The notes beneath the pieces are model-generated. The model was not told the DNA's origin, made no database searches, and saw nothing but the letters and a program-made list of their open reading frames with translations. A DNA stretch of 64,000 bases from Dehalococcoidia bacterium. GTDB lineage: Bacteria > Chloroflexota > Dehalococcoidia > GIF9 > AB-539-J10. Positions within the stretch are counted from its first letter, which is position 1, and the number at the start of each line of letters is the position of its first letter. The stretch spans positions 35,623-99,622 of the forward strand of contig JBATUN010000021.1 of the NCBI GenBank assembly GCA_049671165.1, in the 5' to 3' direction. The translations under genes and the position numbers were made by a program. Of this stretch, positions 59,874-64,000 are shown piece after piece.

Positions 59874-61509
59874 CCTTTGCGTTAGGGATTGTCTCTACTC
59901 CGTATTTCCCGGATTTTTGGGCAACCTTTGTGTGCTGCTTGTTCACAGTTGATAACTCCCTTTGCACCAAGGATAATGCTTCTTCTCTAGTGCTTAACTC
60001 GCCGCCAGCATGAGCCTCGTTGACCATGCCCAGGAGTTTGCCGATGAGCGGTCCTGGTGCTAAGTCAAATGTGTCCATTATATCATCGCCATCAATGACT
60101 TTCACCGGCAGGATTTTGACCTGCTGCTTGTCATGCTCTGCCAATATATAGTTTACCAATTGGCAATGTTTTCTCCATTCCTCCATAGATGCCAGGGGCC
60201 CGCGGCTGGCCAGATAATCGGCCAAAGCCAGGAGTAGGATATCAATACCGGCCTCGCCGGTATCCCGAAAGTAGCGATAAATTGCCCGTTGAGTGGGCAA
60301 TTCATCAGCTGCCATCTGAACTGGACGGAGGTGATGATAGACAAGGCTTTCCACTAGGCTTATTTCCCGCTTGCTGAACCGCAACCGTTCCAAAATGCGC
60401 GCAGTTATGGCTGCCCCTTCTTTGGTGTGCCCCAAGAATCTGGCTCTGCCCGTTTCATCAATAGACTTTGTCCTTGGTTTGGCAATATCATGAAATAACG
60501 CACCTAACTTGAGTAGAACCTTATGGTTACTTCCGCTGGAAACTTCCTGGGACAAGTGCCTTTCTATTGCGTTGGACCACGGAACAGTAGACAGCATATC
60601 TTCGTTGCTGTACTCCCAGTCGCTTTCTCTAAAAAGGAATTCCACCGCTGCTACGGTCTGTAAGGAATGGTCGAAGACATCCCAGAAGTGCACCGTTGGT
60701 TGTTCTACCCCCTTGCTCTCGGCTAACTCGGGGATTAGAGCGAGCAGCAGGCCGAGTTTATCTAGGTATCGCAGGTAGTAAGCCGCTCGGGGCAGGGTGA
60801 GCAAACGAAGCAACTCTTCTCTAACCCTCTCCCCCGCGACTTCGATGATAGCCTGGGAATAGCGGCGGATTAAAGACTCTGTGTCCGGCTCTATAGTGAA
60901 GTCGAGGTCAGCAGCCAGCCTTACTGCCCGCAAGAGTCTGGCGGCGTCGGCTTCAAATATCTGCTCGCTTACCTTTCGCACTATTTTGCCCCTCAAATCC
61001 TCCTTACCGGAAAAGGGGTCGATAAGCTTCAGGGCAGGCCGCTTTCCAGCCGCAGCAGCAGCCGATTTTCGGGACCTCATCTTGGTGGCCGTCCAGGCAG
61101 CGGCAAATTGGCTGAGTTCCACAGCCATAGCATTTATGGTGAAATCGCGGCGGGCAAGATCAGATTTAATATCCCCCCTGAAAGCAGAAAAATCGAAATG
61201 CCACTCTATACCACGTAATTCCTGGTCTCGTGCAGTCTTTCCTGGCTGCTCGTTTTCAATCACCACCACCCTAGCTACATTGTTGACATCATCGAGGAGC
61301 ACAAATGTGCCCCCTATTTCTCTGGCTATCTTGCGGGCTATGCTTATGGCATCACCGCTTACAGCAATATCTATATCGTTGGTCTCTCTTTTCAAAAGCC
61401 GGTCACGGATGAAGCCACCAACAATATAGCTTTGCTTCTTCTGGATAGCTAGCAGTTGAGATATCTTGGGGAGGATGGCAGACAAGCCGGCACTTCTTAT
61501 AGAGGACAT
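59866..61509 (-). CDS. cca: CCA-adding tRNA nucleotidyltransferase / poly(A) polymerase family with HD domain
   Basis: GGFIRDRLL...DIDIAV Pol-beta-like head; HD motif (HDIAK). Confidence 0.85.
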   Translation of the reverse strand: MSSIRSAGLSAILPKISQLLAIQKKQSYIVGGFIRDRLLKRETNDIDIAVSGDAISIARKIAREIGGTFVLLDDVNNVARVVVIENEQPGKTARDQELRGIEWHFDFSAFRGDIKSDLARRDFTINAMAVELSQFAAAWTATKMRSRKSAAAAAGKRPALKLIDPFSGKEDLRGKIVRKVSEQIFEADAARLLRAVRLAADLDFTIEPDTESLIRRYSQAIIEVAGERVREELLRLLTLPRAAYYLRYLDKLGLLLALIPELAESKGVEQPTVHFWDVFDHSLQTVAAVEFLFRESDWEYSNEDMLSTVPWSNAIERHLSQEVSSGSNHKVLLKLGALFHDIAKPRTKSIDETGRARFLGHTKEGAAITARILERLRFSKREISLVESLVYHHLRPVQMAADELPTQRAIYRYFRDTGEAGIDILLLALADYLASRGPLASMEEWRKHCQLVNYILAEHDKQQVKILPVKVIDGDDIMDTFDLAPGPLIGKLLGMVNEAHAGGELSTREEALSLVQRELSTVNKQHTKVAQKSGKYGVETIPNAKVD

Positions 61510-61570
61510 AACAGGGCATTATAGTTTGGATAGCCCGAATTGTAAAGGTCTGTTCAGTTTCCCGGAGCCG

Positions 61571-62368
61571 TTATCTTAGCTTGTCAATTGGAGTACATTT
61601 CATCAGAATAACGTCTGCCAGTGAGGGAAAAGGTCGGCCTAATTTATCTAATGTCTTCAGAAGAGCGTAAGAAACAGAATGGGGAAGTCTGGAAAGAAGA
61701 CTACCCCACAGGGGAAGTCCAAAAAAGAGGGATATGCCCTTTGTTTCCTTAATTTCAAAATGCTGCTTCACCAAGCTGCCCAGTAATGGGTAGTCAAATT
61801 CATATTTGTGGTCTAGTGGTAGCTCCCATGGCTTCCTCTCCTTAGCCAGAGAAGGGGAAAGAAACTGTGTTACCGGATATAACCTCTTCCCCAGGCGGAA
61901 ACCCAGACTATTAAAGTTAGCTATGGAGATTATCATCTCTCCTTGAGGTTTGAGTACGCGGGCAATCTCCTCCATTGTTTTGCTGGGGGAGAAAAAATGG
62001 TCTAACGCTCCCTTACACATAACTTTGTCGAAGGAGTGCGGCTTGAAGGGTAAATTCTCCCCTACTCCCTGGGCTAAAGCTACCCGGGCATTCCTTTCAC
62101 TGAGATACTCTGTCGCTCGAACTATCATCACGTGAGAAGGTTCAAGCCCGATAACCTGTGCTCCTTTTTCCCATAGCCGTGCACCGTCGATAGCTCTGCC
62201 GCAGCCGACATCGAGTATTAGCTCACCGTGACCTGGTGCTACTTCTCTCAGAGTCAAATGGAGCATTTGCTGGAATAAGAAGTCCAGGTTAGGGCAAACA
62301 ACGTCGGGGACCACATCGTCGTCATTCCATTCCAGGTCGATTTTCTGTGTGTTGTGATCTTGTATCAT
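61571..62368 (-). CDS. class I SAM-dependent methyltransferase
   Basis: Motif I LDVGCGRAIDG. Confidence 0.8.
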   Translation of the reverse strand: MIQDHNTQKIDLEWNDDDVVPDVVCPNLDFLFQQMLHLTLREVAPGHGELILDVGCGRAIDGARLWEKGAQVIGLEPSHVMIVRATEYLSERNARVALAQGVGENLPFKPHSFDKVMCKGALDHFFSPSKTMEEIARVLKPQGEMIISIANFNSLGFRLGKRLYPVTQFLSPSLAKERKPWELPLDHKYEFDYPLLGSLVKQHFEIKETKGISLFFGLPLWGSLLSRLPHSVSYALLKTLDKLGRPFPSLADVILMKCTPIDKLR

Positions 62369-62432
62369 GGTTTGGATTCGCGATTCTTATTGCGCGGTTA
62401 TCAACTTTGCGAAGACCCGTAGTCTGATGGCT

Positions 62433-63863
62433 TCATTTAGCCTCCTGCCAGCAAGAATATTGATTGAGCCTGCAAATGGCTTTAGCAGCACGTTCCATGG
62501 AACAAAAGACCGGGATGGAAGCTGTCAGGAGTTTCTGCTCTATCTGCAGTCTTTCTGCTTCAACAGAGCCGGGCGGCAAAACGACTATTATGGGTTTATT
62601 CTGCCTCCCTCCAAGCTCTATGAGGAATTGATTTATTTCCTCGAGCCCTTGCCGAGAGTATATTGGTAAGAGAATCTCTACATCCTCTTGAATTAAGACG
62701 ATGTCGCTAATGCTATCTCTTACTACCAAATCTATGGCTTCAAATAGAGTTGCCAGACCTCGGAATTGTGCCTGGCTGACATCTACTGGATTACACAAGA
62801 TGCTGCCCACTTCTCCCAGAAGCTCGTTCAATCTTTGCTTTGTCTCGAAGGAGAGAGCCGGGATCTTGAGTCCATGCTCCATGCAGGCATCGCCAGCGGC
62901 TACTGAGTTGCCGCCGCCCCCATCAGCCAGGCCACCAATAATGGCTGCGCGGGTACCTTGCCCGTGTCCAAGCTGTTGGAAAATAAGCAAAGTATCTGTC
63001 AATTCCTCCAGACTATGCACTTCTACGACACCAGCTTGCTTCAGCATGGCTGACCAGATGGCAGCTGAGCTGGCTAGAGAACCGGTGTGGGACATGGCAG
63101 CCTGAGCGCCAGCTTCTGTTCTCCCTCCTTTCCAGACAACCAAAGGCTTGACCTCGGCCACTTTTCTCATCGTCTTGAAAAGACGGGTTCCGTCTCTTGT
63201 TCCCTCGAGATACGCACCAATGACTTTGGTCTTGGGGTCAGCAGCCAGGTACTGCAGAAAATCGCTGGCATCCAAATCAGTGCCATTGCCGAAGCTGACT
63301 CCTTTGCTGTAGTTGATGCGGCGGGCTATCCCGATTGTCACCAATTTGGTGGCAACGCCGCCGCTTTGAGAGACGAAGCCCACAGAACCATCTTCACCGA
63401 GTATCCCCATGAGGAATGGAATTTTGTGTTCCGGGCAATATACACCTATGCAATTTGGGCCGATAATACGAACGTTTCCCTGTCGTGCTTTCTCAAGCAT
63501 CTGTTCTTCTAGCTTGCGCCCCTGTTCTGTATCCGTCTCGCTGAATCCAGCAGTGAAGAAATGGACAGCTTTGACATTTTTGGCTGTACAATCATCGAGG
63601 AGCTCCAATGCAGATTGTCGAGGAATAGATACAATAACGTAATCCACTTCCCCGGGTATCAGCCGGAGGTTGGGGAAAATCTCGAGGTCGGCGATGCGAC
63701 CGCCGCTAGAACCAACGGGATAAATGAGTCCCGGGAAACCAGCAGAACGCAAGTCCCTCACCCATAGAGAGCCGGCTTTTATTGAGGTAGCTGATACACC
63801 CACGACCGCAATAGATTTGGGGTAGAAGATAGGCTCGAATTCCTTAAGTTTTTCCTCGAACAA
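62433..63863 (-). CDS. CoA-binding protein, ADP-forming acyl-CoA synthetase alpha-domain family
   Basis: N-terminal CoA-binding PKSIAVVGVS; succinyl-CoA-synthetase-like flavodoxin domain. Confidence 0.7.
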   Translation of the reverse strand: MFEEKLKEFEPIFYPKSIAVVGVSATSIKAGSLWVRDLRSAGFPGLIYPVGSSGGRIADLEIFPNLRLIPGEVDYVIVSIPRQSALELLDDCTAKNVKAVHFFTAGFSETDTEQGRKLEEQMLEKARQGNVRIIGPNCIGVYCPEHKIPFLMGILGEDGSVGFVSQSGGVATKLVTIGIARRINYSKGVSFGNGTDLDASDFLQYLAADPKTKVIGAYLEGTRDGTRLFKTMRKVAEVKPLVVWKGGRTEAGAQAAMSHTGSLASSAAIWSAMLKQAGVVEVHSLEELTDTLLIFQQLGHGQGTRAAIIGGLADGGGGNSVAAGDACMEHGLKIPALSFETKQRLNELLGEVGSILCNPVDVSQAQFRGLATLFEAIDLVVRDSISDIVLIQEDVEILLPIYSRQGLEEINQFLIELGGRQNKPIIVVLPPGSVEAERLQIEQKLLTASIPVFCSMERAAKAICRLNQYSCWQEAK

Positions 63864-64000
63864 AGTGAAGCCTCGGGTACCTCAATATGTCTGGTGAAAA
63901 CCACATTTAGCAACTTCTGGCTATTGGGACAGCGGCCTTTGGATTGTCATTCCAGGATTATTCGGGCATCAACAGCTACAGCCTTATCAGGATAGGCGAA

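Overview
This 64 kb chromosomal window is dominated by housekeeping genes: corA (partial), coaX-coaBC, valS, polX, polA, fpg, ahcY-metK, secDF, cca and htpX-lemA. The protein flavour loosely suggests a Chloroflexota-like organism, but that is weak inference. A recurring pattern runs through the window. Cargo cassettes sit between direct repeats that copy the end of the adjacent host gene. The repeats are a 37-bp polA 5'/promoter copy around an ICMT-NTF2-ICMT cassette; 5' and 3' fragments of fpg around a two-part cassette; roughly 335-bp repeats plus a flavodoxin 5' fragment around a CrtI-like oxidoreductase; five tRNA-Met 3'-end remnants upstream of an intact tRNA-Met(CAT); and a 108-bp metK 3'-end copy after an ABC-transporter cassette. 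These look like stacked site-specific integrations, yet no integrase is present; the only transposase is an IS200/RAYT-like tnpA with matching flanking hairpins. The most interesting cassette lies inside the duplicated fpg locus. It has its own extended -10 promoter and encodes a radical-SAM enzyme with an N-terminal PqqD-like RRE and a C-terminal SPASM domain. This enzyme is translationally coupled to a 394-aa single-pass membrane protein whose predicted cytoplasmic tail ends in a (Cys-Ala)n tract encoded by a hexanucleotide repeat. I infer a possibly undescribed protein-tail thioether/Cys-modification system. Directly downstream is a defense-type island (vsr, dcm, DUF262, FRG domain). Two copies of a nested palindromic MITE-like repeat were also found. 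No CRISPR array or rRNA was seen. All calls rest on reading the sequence and ORF translations by eye; no searches were run.
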